Shown: positions 17,771 to 28,762 of the stretch, one piece after another
Layout of the letters: the number at the start of each line of letters is the position of its first letter
Position numbering within the stretch: position 1 is the stretch's first letter
NCBI GenBank assembly: GCA_965228895.1
Contig: OZ245842.1
Span: 5,248,001-5,312,000 of the forward strand
Origin: Alphaproteobacteria bacterium
GTDB taxonomy: Bacteria; Pseudomonadota; Alphaproteobacteria; SP197
DNA: 64,000 nucleotides
Direction of reading: 5' to 3'
The notes under the pieces: model-generated
The model's input: only the letters and a program-made list of their open reading frames with translations
Told to the model about the DNA's origin: nothing
Database searches by the model: none
Made by a program: the position numbers and the translations under genes

Positions 17771-18416
17771 CCCACGCGTTGGCGACGACGGTATCTGGCG
17801 CGATTTGCGTGTCGCAGCCGGCAGCTTGCGCGACCGCCCGGTCCTGTTCCTGGATCGCGACGGCGTTATCGTCGAAGAGGTAACCTATCTGCATCGCCCC
17901 GGCGACGTCTGCCTGATCGATGGCGTTGCCAGCTTGATTGCCCACGCCGTGCAGTCTGGGGCCGGCGTTGTGGTCGTCACCAACCAGTCCGGTGTCGGCC
18001 GCGGCCTTTATGGCTGGGCCGATCTGGCGGCGGTCGAAGACGAAATTGCGCGGCGTCTGGCTGAGGACGACGCGGCGGTTCAGGCCGTTTTCGCTTGCCC
18101 GTTCCATACCGACGCCCGTCCACCCTATGACACAGACGATCACCCAGCGCGCAAGCCTAATCCCGGTATGCTGTTGATGGCGGCGGCGTTGTTGGATCTC
18201 GACCTCGCGCGATCGTGGATTATCGGCGATCGCGCGACGGATCTCATGGCTGCCAGCCGGGCAGGCCTGGCCGGTGGTCTGCTGCTGGGCCAAGGCTATG
18301 ACGATGGTGAGGCAGAACGCGCCTTGTCGCTCGATAAAGACGGGTTCCAGGCGCGCCGGATCGACCACTTGGACCAAACGATTGACCACATCGCCTGGTT
18401 GGGCGGGGCAGCTTGA
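17751..18416 (+). CDS. gmhB: Heptose-1,7-bisphosphate phosphatase
   Basis: FLDRDGVI, TNQSG, RKPNPGM. Confidence 0.9.
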   Translation: MSSRPADPRVGDDGIWRDLRVAAGSLRDRPVLFLDRDGVIVEEVTYLHRPGDVCLIDGVASLIAHAVQSGAGVVVVTNQSGVGRGLYGWADLAAVEDEIARRLAEDDAAVQAVFACPFHTDARPPYDTDDHPARKPNPGMLLMAAALLDLDLARSWIIGDRATDLMAASRAGLAGGLLLGQGYDDGEAERALSLDKDGFQARRIDHLDQTIDHIAWLGGAA

Positions 18417-18467
18417 CCGGGTCCCTTCCGGGGTCTATGCGGGAAGCACCGGGAGGGAAAACGGTTT

Positions 18468-19061
18468 ATGGACATCGAGCGGTTCTTCGACGCCGAGCTG
18501 GCGCAGCATAAGGAAGTCGCCGCGGCGACCGGCGCCGAACTGGCCGCGCCGTTCCGACGATTGGTCGATATCGCCGTCGCCAGTATCAAGGCCGACGGGA
18601 AGCTGCTGTTTTTTGGCAATGGCGGCAGCGCTGCCGACGCCCAGCACCTGGCGACCGAACTCACCGTCCGCTATGTCGACAACCGTACAGCCATTGCTGC
18701 AATCGCGCTGACCACGGACACCTCGGCGTTGACCGCGATCGGCAACGACCTGGGTTTCGAACACCTGTATGCCCGCCAGATCGAAGCGCTGGGCCGTGCC
18801 GGGGACGTCGCCATCGGCATCTCGACATCCGGCCGCAGCGCCAATGTCAAACTGGCGCTGCGCCAAGCCCAGGATATGGGCCTGACCGCGGCCGCCCTGA
18901 CCGGCAGCGGCGGCGGCGAACTGGTCGGCTTGGCCGATCCGCTGCTGATGGTGCCGTCGACGGTCACCGCGCGCATCCAGGAGATGCACATCATGCTCGG
19001 TCAGATGCTGTGCGGTGCGCTGGAGATCGAGCTCGGGCTGGCCGAGGATCCGCACCCGTGA
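18468..19061 (+). CDS. gmhA: Phosphoheptose isomerase
   Basis: GNGGSAADAQH, ISTSG, RIQEMH. Confidence 0.95.
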   Translation: MDIERFFDAELAQHKEVAAATGAELAAPFRRLVDIAVASIKADGKLLFFGNGGSAADAQHLATELTVRYVDNRTAIAAIALTTDTSALTAIGNDLGFEHLYARQIEALGRAGDVAIGISTSGRSANVKLALRQAQDMGLTAAALTGSGGGELVGLADPLLMVPSTVTARIQEMHIMLGQMLCGALEIELGLAEDPHP

Positions 19062-20041
19062 TCTTGGTGACAGGCGGCGCCGGTTTCATCGGCTCGAACA
19101 TCGTTGCGGGCCTCGCGGAGACCACCAACAGTCCGATCACCGTTGCCGACGCCGTCAATGACGATCACCGTCGCGCCAACATCGCCAAGCGCAATATTGC
19201 CGATGTCATTGAACCCGATCAGATCATGCCGTGGCTGAAGGGCCGCGGCGATGTCGAAGCGGTCATTCATATGGGCGCGGTGTCGTCGACAACGGAAACG
19301 GATGTCGATCTGATCCTGCGGTCCAACGTTTGGTTGTCGCTCGCCTTGTGGGACTGGTGCGCCGAGCATGGTGTCCCGTTGATCTATGCGTCATCGGCGC
19401 AGGTCTATGGCGATGGCGAACTGGGTTTTGTCGACGATCAATCGATGGCCGCGCTTGAGCAGCTTCGTGCGATCACGCCCTATGGCGCCAGCAAGTTGTT
19501 GTTCGACCAGCTGGTCATGCGTGAGGTCGGCATGGATCATAAGACGCCGCCGCAATGGGTCGGTCTGCGTTTCTTCAATGTCTACGGTCCCAACGAATAC
19601 CACAAGGGCGACCAGCGCAGCGTCATCGTCAAGGCCTACCCGGACCTGGCGGCAGGCGGCCCGATGCGGCTCTTCAAGTCCTACCGCGACGACTATCCCG
19701 ACGGTGGTCAGACGCGTGACTTCATCCATGTGCAGGACTGCGTCGACGTCGTTGCGTGGTTGCTCAAGCATCCCGACGTCAGCGGCCTCATTAACGTTGG
19801 AACCGGCCAGGCGCGCACGTGGTTGGACCTGGCGCATGCCATGTTTGCCGCGCTCGACCGCGAACCCCGGATCGAGTTCATCGAGATGCCTGATATCCTG
19901 CGCGGCCGCTATCAGTACGCGACCGAGGCGGACATGACGAAACTGCGGGATGCCGGCTACACGAAATCGTTTATCAGTCTCGAAGCCGGTGTCGGCGACT
20001 ACGTCAAAAACTACCTGGCTGCGGACGACGCCTACCGATGA
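19058..20041 (+). CDS. hldD: ADP-L-glycero-D-manno-heptose 6-epimerase
   Basis: [28 protein letters not shown]. Confidence 0.93.
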   Translation: MILVTGGAGFIGSNIVAGLAETTNSPITVADAVNDDHRRANIAKRNIADVIEPDQIMPWLKGRGDVEAVIHMGAVSSTTETDVDLILRSNVWLSLALWDWCAEHGVPLIYASSAQVYGDGELGFVDDQSMAALEQLRAITPYGASKLLFDQLVMREVGMDHKTPPQWVGLRFFNVYGPNEYHKGDQRSVIVKAYPDLAAGGPMRLFKSYRDDYPDGGQTRDFIHVQDCVDVVAWLLKHPDVSGLINVGTGQARTWLDLAHAMFAALDREPRIEFIEMPDILRGRYQYATEADMTKLRDAGYTKSFISLEAGVGDYVKNYLAADDAYR

Positions 20042-21525
20042 CGGACACGAGCTACATTCTTGGAATCGATCAGGGCACGACCAGTTCCCGTGCGGTGTTG
20101 TTCGATGCCGAAGCCAGTCCGGTCACCATGGCCCAGATCGAGTTTCCGCAATACTTTCCTGCCGACGGCTGGGTCGAACACGATCCCACCGACCTCTGGC
20201 AATCGGTCACGGCGGTTGCTCGCCAGGCGCTGGAACGCGCGAACGTCGAAGCCGCAGAGGTCGCGACCATCGGCATTACCAACCAGCGCGAAACGACGCT
20301 GGTATGGGATCGAGCATCCGGCAAGGCGATCCATAACGCCATAGTCTGGCAGGACCGGCGCACGGCGGACCGTTGCGCGGAACTGCATGAGGGTGGACAC
20401 AGCCGCCTCGTTCACGACAAGACGGGCCTGGTGATCGACCCCTATTTCTCCGGCACCAAGATTGCGTGGATCCTGGACAACGTGCCGGGCGCCCGCGAAG
20501 CGGGTGAGCGTGGTGATCTGGCGTTCGGCACGGTCGACAGTTTTCTGATCTGGCGGCTGACCGGCGGCGCCGTGCACGCGACCGACGCGACCAACGCCTC
20601 ACGCACCATGCTGTTCAACATCCACGATCAGACATGGGACGATGAGCTGCTTGAATTGATCGGCGTGCCGCGCGCCATGTTGCCGGAGGTCAAGGACTCA
20701 GCCGATAACTTCGGCACGACGCTCCCCGACATCCTGGGCGGCGCCATCGGCATCGGCGGCGTGGCTGGCGACCAGCAGGCGGCGACCGTCGGTCAGGCCT
20801 GTTTTGAGCCGGGCATGGTCAAGAGCACCTATGGCACCGGTTGTTTTGTACTCGCCAACACAGGCCCGGACGCCATGGCCTCGCAGAACCGGCTGTTGAC
20901 CACCGTCGCCTATCGGCTGGCGGGTAAGACGACCTATGCGCTGGAAGGCAGCATCTTTACCGCCGGCGCGGCCGTGCAGTGGATGCGCGACAAGGTCGGT
21001 CTCTTCATAGACGCCAGCGAAACGGCGGCACTCGCCGCATCGGTCGAGAACAGCGGCGGCGTCTATCTGGTGCCCGCATTCACCGGTCTGGGCGCACCGT
21101 TCTGGGATGCGGATGCACGAGGCGCGCTGTTGGGGCTGACGCGTGACGCCAGCATGGCCCATATCGTGCGCGCCGCTCTTGATGCCGTGTGTTACCAAAC
21201 CCGCGACCTGATGGGGGCGATGGCGGCCGATGGCGCGACGCCGGCGGCGCTGCGGGTCGACGGCGGCATGACGGCGAACGATTGGCTGATGCAGCATCTG
21301 GCCGACATGCTCGACCTGCCGGTCGAGCGTCCGACCATTCCCGAGACCACCGTGCTGGGCGCGGCCTATTTGGCGGGACTGCAGTGCGGCATGTTTGCAT
21401 CGCTCGACGATATCGCCGGGCGTTGGCGGCGCGATGCCCGTTATGACCCCGCGCTTGATCCCGACGAACGCGACCGGCTTTACGCCGGCTGGCAGCGTGC
21501 CGTCGAACGTGTGCTGACCAAATGA
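20038..21525 (+). CDS. glpK: Glycerol kinase
   Basis: [32 protein letters not shown]. Confidence 0.96.
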   Translation: MTDTSYILGIDQGTTSSRAVLFDAEASPVTMAQIEFPQYFPADGWVEHDPTDLWQSVTAVARQALERANVEAAEVATIGITNQRETTLVWDRASGKAIHNAIVWQDRRTADRCAELHEGGHSRLVHDKTGLVIDPYFSGTKIAWILDNVPGAREAGERGDLAFGTVDSFLIWRLTGGAVHATDATNASRTMLFNIHDQTWDDELLELIGVPRAMLPEVKDSADNFGTTLPDILGGAIGIGGVAGDQQAATVGQACFEPGMVKSTYGTGCFVLANTGPDAMASQNRLLTTVAYRLAGKTTYALEGSIFTAGAAVQWMRDKVGLFIDASETAALAASVENSGGVYLVPAFTGLGAPFWDADARGALLGLTRDASMAHIVRAALDAVCYQTRDLMGAMAADGATPAALRVDGGMTANDWLMQHLADMLDLPVERPTIPETTVLGAAYLAGLQCGMFASLDDIAGRWRRDARYDPALDPDERDRLYAGWQRAVERVLTK

Positions 21526-21556
21526 TCATCAAAAACACCATCAGGAGAGTGCGACC

Positions 21557-22474
21557 ATGACCCGTCCAGCCCCGGAGAACGTCACCAAGATCACCTGCGT
21601 CGGTTCGGGCACCATCGGCAGTGGCTGGGCCGCGTGGTTTCTGGCTCAGGGCAGGGACGTCACCATGACCGACCCGGCGCCGGACGCCGAAGCCAAGGCG
21701 CGCGTCAACATCGATCAGGCGTGGCCCTATCTTGAGGAACTTGGTCTGAAACCGGGCGCCAGCCGCGATCGGCTTTCGTTCGAACCGGATCTCGCCAAGG
21801 CCGTCGCCGAGGCAGAGTTCATTCAGGAAAGCGCGCCCGATCGCGAACAGCTCAAGATCGATCTGTTCGCCGAAATCGACGCGGCCGCGCCCGACGACAC
21901 GGTGATCGCCAGTTCCAGCTCGGCCTTCCTGCCGACCAGTCTGCAGTCAAAGTGCCGGCATCCGGAGCGCGCCATCATCGGCCACCCATTCGTGCCGTCT
22001 TATCTGGTTCCGTTGGTCGAAGTCGTCGGTGGCGAGAAGACGGCACCGGAGGTGCTGACATGGTCGCACGCCTTCTATGAGGCCGCGGGCAAGAAGGCGA
22101 TGACGTTAAAGAAAGAGATCGAAGCCTATGTCGCCAACCGCCTGCAGCACGTCATTTTCCAGGAAGCATCCAGTCTGGTCGCCCAAGGCATCTGCGGTTT
22201 CGAAGACATTGATACCGCGATGAGCTACGGGCCCGGCATGCGCTGGGCTTTTGCCGGACCGGTGATGTGCTATCACCTGGGCGGTGGCAAGGGCGGCGTG
22301 CGCCACATGATCGATCACTTCGGTTGGACCGGCGAAGAAAAGGACAAGCAGGCGCTGATCGCCTCGGTCGATGCGATGGTGGGTGACGCGTCGGTGCCGA
22401 CCCTGGAGGCTTGGCGCGATGCCAACCTGGTCGCGATGCTGAAGGCCCTTCAGCCGCCGCCTCAATCCGACTGA
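21557..22474 (+). CDS. 3-hydroxyacyl-CoA/carnitine dehydrogenase family protein
   Basis: GSGTIG Rossmann motif, GHPF, GPGMRW. Confidence 0.88.
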   Translation: MTRPAPENVTKITCVGSGTIGSGWAAWFLAQGRDVTMTDPAPDAEAKARVNIDQAWPYLEELGLKPGASRDRLSFEPDLAKAVAEAEFIQESAPDREQLKIDLFAEIDAAAPDDTVIASSSSAFLPTSLQSKCRHPERAIIGHPFVPSYLVPLVEVVGGEKTAPEVLTWSHAFYEAAGKKAMTLKKEIEAYVANRLQHVIFQEASSLVAQGICGFEDIDTAMSYGPGMRWAFAGPVMCYHLGGGKGGVRHMIDHFGWTGEEKDKQALIASVDAMVGDASVPTLEAWRDANLVAMLKALQPPPQSD

Positions 22475-22485
22475 CCGGCTTCGCT

Positions 22486-23493
22486 TTGACCGACGCCGGC
22501 GAACACGTACTGAGGCAGACGTGGCAGCGCGCTGTGCCGGCGCTCAGTGCTGATCAAGACCGGCTGCGCGATGTGCTGGCTCAGGTCGTTCCAGCCGCGA
22601 CGCTGCGCGATGTCGCTCCCTTGTCCGGCGGTCTGGCCAACACGAACCTGCGTTTGTCGTTGAACGGGGAACCGCGTGATCTGGTTCTGCGCCTCTACCA
22701 ACGCGACCCCCAACAAATGATGAAAGAGGCGGCGATCGCAGCACGCTTGATAGGCCGCGTCCCGGTCGCCGCGTTCCTTCATGTCGAACCGGATCCGCAG
22801 CAGCTTGGCGCGCCCTTTGCGCTGCTCGAATGGGTTGATGGTGTCACGCTGGACAGCGTGTTGCCGGAGCTTGATGCCGAACAACTCGACGCAGTCGGTG
22901 AGACGCTCGGCCGGTTGCTGGCGACGATGCATGGCGAACATTTTTCGGAAGCGGGTTTTCTGGACGGCACGCTCCACGTTTGCGAGCCCATCGAAACCGG
23001 CGGTGCCGGTTTGATCGACTTCTGTACCCATTACATCGCGGATAGCCACGTGCGAACACGTTTGGGCAAAACGCGGTTACGTAGACTCCAAGAGTTTGTC
23101 GAGCAGCACGCCCACAGACTTGATGCATGGCGGGGTAAGCCCTGCCTCACCCATGGTGACTTCGGCGGATCGAACATTCTGGTATCCCTGCACGACAAGC
23201 AGGTTGGTGTCGCGGCGGTCCTTGATTGGGAGTTCGCGTTCGCAGGCTCGCCGTTCTTCGATCTCGGAAATCTGACGCGCGCACCGCTCGGCGACAGCGC
23301 CGAATTCAGTTTGGCCCTGGAACGTGGCTACCGCGATGTCGACAGTGATCTACCCGGGACGTGGCAAGACTTGGCTCGTTTGGTCGATCTCACGGCATGG
23401 ATTGATTTTGCCGCCAGGCCGGCCATCCCAGACTCGGTGCTCGAAACCGCCCACGTTGTCATCGACACAACCATAGGCGATGCGAACGGCTAG
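22486..23493 (+). CDS. APH-family phosphotransferase
   Basis: HGDFGGSN and LDWEF kinase motifs; start uncertain. Confidence 0.85.
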   Translation: MTDAGEHVLRQTWQRAVPALSADQDRLRDVLAQVVPAATLRDVAPLSGGLANTNLRLSLNGEPRDLVLRLYQRDPQQMMKEAAIAARLIGRVPVAAFLHVEPDPQQLGAPFALLEWVDGVTLDSVLPELDAEQLDAVGETLGRLLATMHGEHFSEAGFLDGTLHVCEPIETGGAGLIDFCTHYIADSHVRTRLGKTRLRRLQEFVEQHAHRLDAWRGKPCLTHGDFGGSNILVSLHDKQVGVAAVLDWEFAFAGSPFFDLGNLTRAPLGDSAEFSLALERGYRDVDSDLPGTWQDLARLVDLTAWIDFAARPAIPDSVLETAHVVIDTTIGDANG

Positions 23494-23945
23494 CTCGCCG
23501 GGACAATATCGCAAACAAGCGCGGTCGCCGGTTCGTCACCTTTGTTCCAGATCCAGTGAACGGTACTTTCGTCTTCGACGATGCCGTTCGGGTCGTCGGC
23601 GGCATACACGATCTCGCCGTCTGGGCGGCCTTCGGTCCACGCGCCCGACAAGACCTTGACCAGCCCCGGACGGGTCGCATGATCGTGCTGGGCAATCTGG
23701 CCGCCGGGTTCAATGGTGATTTCACGCAGTTGCAGCACGTAACCGCTTAGACCTATCTGCGCGCTCATTGACGTCTCCGAGACAAGGCCAACGGCGTCGA
23801 CGGTGAGACCTATGTGCTCCGTCGGCGGTGCAATTTCGGCAACACCTTTGCCGCCGATAAAGCCGAGTGTAAGACCAAGGGCGGTAGATAGAGCGGCTAT
23901 GACCGCCATGTTCGATCCGCGGTTTCGAGTCCTGGTTGCGATCAT
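23490..23945 (-). CDS. Cupin-domain protein
   Basis: IEPGGQIAQHDH...HWIWN cupin motifs; N-terminal hydrophobic segment. Confidence 0.8.
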   Translation of the reverse strand: MIATRTRNRGSNMAVIAALSTALGLTLGFIGGKGVAEIAPPTEHIGLTVDAVGLVSETSMSAQIGLSGYVLQLREITIEPGGQIAQHDHATRPGLVKVLSGAWTEGRPDGEIVYAADDPNGIVEDESTVHWIWNKGDEPATALVCDIVPAS

Positions 23946-24050
23946 GAACGCCTCCCCTGCTTGGATTGAACCTGGCAGCAGACTAGGATTGTGGTTCCAC
24001 GAGCGGCAAACGATCATGTTTCATTGCCGCATGAATGGGATTCACGTCTG

Positions 24051-24959
24051 ATGAGACGCAATCTTCCACCATTTGCGGCTATTCGCGCGTTTGAGGCGGC
24101 CGCGCGGCACCAAAGTTTCAAGTCGGCCGCCGAAGAGCTCCATCTCACCCAGTCGGCGATCAGTCACCAGGTGAAGGGGCTCGAGGAGTTCCTTGGCGTT
24201 TCCCTGTTTCACCGGAGTGGGCATGGCGTCGAGCTGACGCCATGCGGTTCCGACTACGTCGCCGAAATCTCGTGTATTCTCGATCGCTTGTCGACGTCCA
24301 CCGAGTGCATCACCGGTGTCTCGACGTCGGGCGTTCTCAAGGTTCGTATGACGCCAGGGTTCGCAAGCCGCTGGCTGACGCCGCGCTTGTCGCGGTTTTC
24401 GGCATCCTACCCGGGTATCATCGTTGAGATCAGCACCACGGCCGAACCATTTCGGTTTCCCGATGATGATACCGACGTGCTGATACAGTACGGCAAAGAG
24501 CCGGCTGACGGTTTTCGGGTCGAACCGTTCATGGCGTCGGGCCGGGTACCCGTCTGCAACCCAAGCATACTGAAGGACGCTCCGACGATCAGAACACCGG
24601 GCGACCTGTTGAAGCTAACACTGCTGCGCGATCTGGTGGGCGATGACTGGTCTGCGTGGTTTGCGTGCGCCAAAGCCAAAATGCCTGCGAACATGGATGG
24701 GCCGCTCTTCGAGCACTGTGAGTTGACGTTGCGTGCCGCTGAGGAGGGGCAAGGTGTCGCCTTGGGGTATACCGCCTTGATTGGCCGAGCGTTGGCCGAC
24801 GGCCGATTGACGCGGTTGTTCGAGTTGGAGACGGCTCCAAAGGTAATCTATTCGCTGACCTGTCCGGAGGCGTGGGTCAATCATCCGCGTATCGCCGCGT
24901 TCCGGAACTGGATCACAGAGGAGGTCTCACGGGAATCCGAGGCCGAGCGGCTCATGTGA
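24051..24959 (+). CDS. LysR regulator (GcvA-like)
   Basis: LPPFAAIRAFEAAARHQSF...TQSAISHQ; divergent from the cupin gene. Confidence 0.93.
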   Translation: MRRNLPPFAAIRAFEAAARHQSFKSAAEELHLTQSAISHQVKGLEEFLGVSLFHRSGHGVELTPCGSDYVAEISCILDRLSTSTECITGVSTSGVLKVRMTPGFASRWLTPRLSRFSASYPGIIVEISTTAEPFRFPDDDTDVLIQYGKEPADGFRVEPFMASGRVPVCNPSILKDAPTIRTPGDLLKLTLLRDLVGDDWSAWFACAKAKMPANMDGPLFEHCELTLRAAEEGQGVALGYTALIGRALADGRLTRLFELETAPKVIYSLTCPEAWVNHPRIAAFRNWITEEVSRESEAERLM

Positions 24960-25031
24960 GATAGCGGCCAGCGAGCGGCCATGTCGCTGCCGTGCGATGC
25001 CATTCCAAGACTGGTCGAGAGAAATTCAGCT

Positions 25032-25934
25032 TCAGGTCGGCTGTCGATAGATGGACGTCTCCGTCGGCGGCCCATCAGTCAAAACGCGACCGGTCTCCGT
25101 CATGTGGATCAGGTGAGCCAGCACGGAGCGGCGCGCGGCGGGATGCAGACGCGGATGCACGTCGGCATACATGACCTCTACCATATCCGCGATGGTGTGT
25201 GTGCCTGACCCGATCTGCTGCATGATCTGAGCCTCGCGCGCCAAACGGTGGTCAATCAAGGCACGCACATGGGCCGCCGGATCGGTGATCGCGGGACCGT
25301 GGGTCGGGTAGTAGATGCGATCGTCGCGGGAAAGCAGCAATTCCAAACTTTTCATGTAGGCCGCCATGTCGCCGTCGGGCGGCGAGACGACCGTTGTCGA
25401 CCAGCCCATCACGTGATCACCGCTGAAGAGCGCGCTTTCTTCACGCAAGCCAAAGCATATGTGGTTCGACGTATGGCCGGGTGTGAAAACCGCTTCGACC
25501 GACCATCCGCTACCTTCGATCACATCGCCATGGCGGATCTCGTGGTCGGGCGCGAAATCGTGGTCGGCGCCTTCCTCGACGACGATGCCGGGTTCCGGCC
25601 GGCCGGAACCGTGCGGACCGAAAGCCCATGTTTCGGCGCCTGTCGCCTGCTTCAGCAAGGCCGCACCCGGCGAATGATCCATGTGGGTGTGGGTCACCAG
25701 CTGGTGGGTCACGGTCTCGCCGTCGAGCGCCGCCAGAACGGCATCGATGTGCCGGGGGTCGGCAGGCCCGGCGTCGACGACGGCAACGTCGCCGCGGCCA
25801 ATGATGTAGGTGCCGGTGCCGTGATAGGTGAAGGCCGATGGGTTGTCGGCGACGACACGGCGGACCAGCGGCGAAATCTGCGTCACCTGGCGATAGGCGA
25901 CGCTCTCCTCAAAGACGAAGGGGACAGCGGACAT
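25032..25934 (-). CDS. MBL-fold metallo-hydrolase
   Basis: THTHMDH, PGHTSNH, GDHVMGWST. Confidence 0.93.
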   Translation of the reverse strand: MSAVPFVFEESVAYRQVTQISPLVRRVVADNPSAFTYHGTGTYIIGRGDVAVVDAGPADPRHIDAVLAALDGETVTHQLVTHTHMDHSPGAALLKQATGAETWAFGPHGSGRPEPGIVVEEGADHDFAPDHEIRHGDVIEGSGWSVEAVFTPGHTSNHICFGLREESALFSGDHVMGWSTTVVSPPDGDMAAYMKSLELLLSRDDRIYYPTHGPAITDPAAHVRALIDHRLAREAQIMQQIGSGTHTIADMVEVMYADVHPRLHPAARRSVLAHLIHMTETGRVLTDGPPTETSIYRQPT

Positions 25935-25967
25935 GGGCGGCAGCCTAGCGGCTGCCACCCGCATCCG

Positions 25968-26579
25968 TCATCCCATGAAGTGTTTGTTTGCTTCGCCCTG
26001 TTTCGGCCGTTGGGCCTCGACCTGCAGGTCGATCTCCTCAATGTCGCCGACACTGCCGGCGCCATAGGTCATGCCGAAATCGTTGCGATCGATGCTGGTC
26101 GTCGCGAAGTACCCGACGATCTCGACCGTGTCGTCCCAGGGGTAGCTGCCGGTGCCGTTGAACGTGGCATCCAAGGTCACCTCCCTCGTGACGCCCAACA
26201 GGACGAGGACGATGACACCCGTCGGCCATAGCTCGCCGAGTGCCCGCTCGCCGCCGATCCACAATATCGCGGCGACGCCGGCGAGCGCAGCCACAACCCG
26301 CACGGCAGGTGATGGCAGACGGGCCAGGTCAACAACCAACCCGACGACGGCGGCCAGAACGAGGATGTAGAACATCTTGCGGTTCGCGCCGGCAGGCGGA
26401 AAGTCCGGTATGCCAAAGGTCACGCCATAGGCCGCCAACACGCCCAAGGCGATGGCCAACGCAGCAACCTTGCGGCCCCAGTCGGGGCCGCCGATCAGGC
26501 GAATCAATCCCGTGCCGGCCAGACTCACCAGCAGTGGGACGATCGCGGTTTGGACGATCGGATTGGCTAACGAGAACAC
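25968..26579 (-). CDS. Chimeric ORF: membrane-protein N-terminus fused to a YceI-like C-terminal fragment
   Basis: About 5 TM helices then GVTREVTLDATFNG...IDRNDFGM...IDLQVEA. Confidence 0.6.
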   Translation of the reverse strand: MFSLANPIVQTAIVPLLVSLAGTGLIRLIGGPDWGRKVAALAIALGVLAAYGVTFGIPDFPPAGANRKMFYILVLAAVVGLVVDLARLPSPAVRVVAALAGVAAILWIGGERALGELWPTGVIVLVLLGVTREVTLDATFNGTGSYPWDDTVEIVGYFATTSIDRNDFGMTYGAGSVGDIEEIDLQVEAQRPKQGEANKHFMG

Positions 26580-26682
26580 GTTCCCCCGACGTTATCGGCT
26601 GCCCCCAGCGCGCAACAAACAAAGTCGCGCTTGGGCGTGGTCGAGTAACATGATGGTGAGACCGCGTGATCGGCGGCTCGGC

Positions 26683-27600
26683 TCAGGGCGCGCTGCGCAC
26701 GGGCTTGTTGTCGATGGGCGGAATGTTGGCGAGGTAGGCGATAAGGGCGGCCGCGTCTTCGTCGCTCAACGCTCTCGTCGAATTGCGCACGACTTCGGCC
26801 ATGCCGCCGCCGACCGCGTCGCCGTCCGGCAACAGCCCGGCACGCAGCAAGAGCATCATGTCGAGTTCGGACCAGGAGCCGATGCCAGTCGCGATGTTGG
26901 GCGTGATGTTGGGCACCAGATCGCCATCAGGCCCTTCTCCGTTGCCTGCCAAGTAGAGATCCGCGTCCGTGCCGCCCAGCCAGGTGCGCGGCGTATGACA
27001 GGCGCCGCAATGGCCAAGCGCGTCGACCAGATAACGTCCGCGGTGCCAGGTCGCGTCGTGCTCGGGATCGGCAGCTTCAGGGCCTGCTTCGAAATAAAGC
27101 ATGCGCCAGAAGAACAGCAGGAAGCGCATGTCGAAGGGGAAGTCTAAATCGTGGTCGGCGACGGCGTTGTCGCTGGCCGGCTGTGCCATGAGGTAGGCAT
27201 AGAGATCGGCAACGTCCTGGTCCGCCATCCGGGTGAAGTAGTCATAAGGAAAGGACGGGTAATAGGCCGTGCCGTCTGGTCCGATGCCGTCACGCAGCGC
27301 GCGGTCGAACTCCGCCGACGTCCAGCCGCCGATACCGTGATCGGGGTCGGGCGTGATGTTCGGCGTGACGAACGCGCCGAAGTCGGTGTTCAGTACCCGT
27401 CCGCCGGCCAGAGGCGCGCCGCCATTGGCCACATCTGTGTGACAGCCAAGGCAGCCGGCGAGCTGAAACACATAGGCACCGCGCTCGGCATCGCCATCGG
27501 GCAGGTCCTGCGCCCAAGCGACCGGACTGGCACATACCAGGGAGATCCAAAAGACGAGAGCGACCCACCGTGGCCGCCCGCGCCGGACGTACTCACTCAA
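26683..27600 (-). CDS. Diheme cytochrome c
   Basis: CLGCH and CGACH, PNITPD; signal peptide; start uncertain. Confidence 0.9.
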   Translation of the reverse strand: MSEYVRRGRPRWVALVFWISLVCASPVAWAQDLPDGDAERGAYVFQLAGCLGCHTDVANGGAPLAGGRVLNTDFGAFVTPNITPDPDHGIGGWTSAEFDRALRDGIGPDGTAYYPSFPYDYFTRMADQDVADLYAYLMAQPASDNAVADHDLDFPFDMRFLLFFWRMLYFEAGPEAADPEHDATWHRGRYLVDALGHCGACHTPRTWLGGTDADLYLAGNGEGPDGDLVPNITPNIATGIGSWSELDMMLLLRAGLLPDGDAVGGGMAEVVRNSTRALSDEDAAALIAYLANIPPIDNKPVRSAP

Positions 27601-27607
27601 CGATGAT

Positions 27608-28096
27608 CTAATCCAGCTTCTGGCGGAATGTCTGATGACACCCTCCACAACCTTCGGTACCGACAATCTCGAATTGACCGGCAATAGCATCCGCGTTGCC
27701 GTTATCCGCGAGTTCCTTCAGTTTCAGCGCCTCGAGCTCAAGGGTATCGGCGTCGCCGACAAACTCGTCCCACTTCTCCCAGATCACCGGCTTGGCGCCG
27801 TTCTCGGGATCGGTGACATCGGTCATGCTGGTGCCTTCGGGAAACAGGTCGGGTATTTTCATGGCGTTCTGGGCCAGTGTCGCGGCAGCCGCCGAAACGT
27901 CATCCAGTGTGCCGACGCCGGCCTGCGCGTAGCCGCCGATCGTCTTCATCGCGTTGCCGTTCTCTTTCATCAGTTCCTGGCGCTCTTTGATGATGGCGCC
28001 GGGGTCCTGCGCCTGGGACATCTCCCCGGCCAAGACGAGACCGCCGGCAGCGATTACGGCAGCAGCCGAAAGCATTACAATTGAGCGAAAACGCAT
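27608..28096 (-). CDS. Cytochrome c' / c556 (class II)
   Basis: Signal peptide and C-terminal CGGCH. Confidence 0.92.
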   Translation of the reverse strand: MRFRSIVMLSAAAVIAAGGLVLAGEMSQAQDPGAIIKERQELMKENGNAMKTIGGYAQAGVGTLDDVSAAAATLAQNAMKIPDLFPEGTSMTDVTDPENGAKPVIWEKWDEFVGDADTLELEALKLKELADNGNADAIAGQFEIVGTEGCGGCHQTFRQKLD

Positions 28097-28426
28097 GATG
28101 TCTGATCCCTCCCTTATTGAGCGCTCGTTACCAGAACAAGCTACTCCGCAGGTTACGTATGCCGATGCTTGAAGGCTATCACGTTGGCGTGAAGGCGTTT
28201 GAACGATTGAGTCCCCGTCACCGGCCGCGCGATCGGTTCTGGGAGGTGTGGAGATTAGAAAATCTAGGGATAGTTACGATTATTCCTCATTTGCGGGATT
28301 GCTTGTCGATGCCTAGGTTAAGCGCACTCCGCCGATTCCACGATGTGCTTAGTGCGACCGCGAATGCCGCCTCGCGATGCCTAAGATGAACGAAACTAGG
28401 AAGACGGCTGTCGAGGACACCCAGTT

Positions 28427-28738
28427 ATGACGACGCAGATCGTCACCGCCAACCGTCTAGACGACGGCGCGGTGGTCTATTTGAGCGCTGATGGACATTG
28501 GACCGAAACGGTTGGCTGTGCCCGTCTTAGCAACGAACCGGACGAGGCCGATACCTTGCTTGCCGTTGCCGGCCAGGCAGTCGCCGACGGCTTGATTGTC
28601 GAAGCCTATCTGATTGCGGTCGCGGTCGAGAACGGTGTGGTGCGCCCGGTTCACATCAAGGAAGTGATCCGCGCCACCGGGCCGACGACCCGGTTGGACC
28701 TGGGCAAGCAGGCGAACACGCAAACGGCCGCCGCCTAA
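28427..28738 (+). CDS. DUF2849 protein
   Basis: TANRLDDGAVVYL...IRATGPT, upstream of sulfite reductase. Confidence 0.88.
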   Translation: MTTQIVTANRLDDGAVVYLSADGHWTETVGCARLSNEPDEADTLLAVAGQAVADGLIVEAYLIAVAVENGVVRPVHIKEVIRATGPTTRLDLGKQANTQTAAA

Positions 28739-28762
28739 AACAACAGAAGACAGGGAGCGGCC

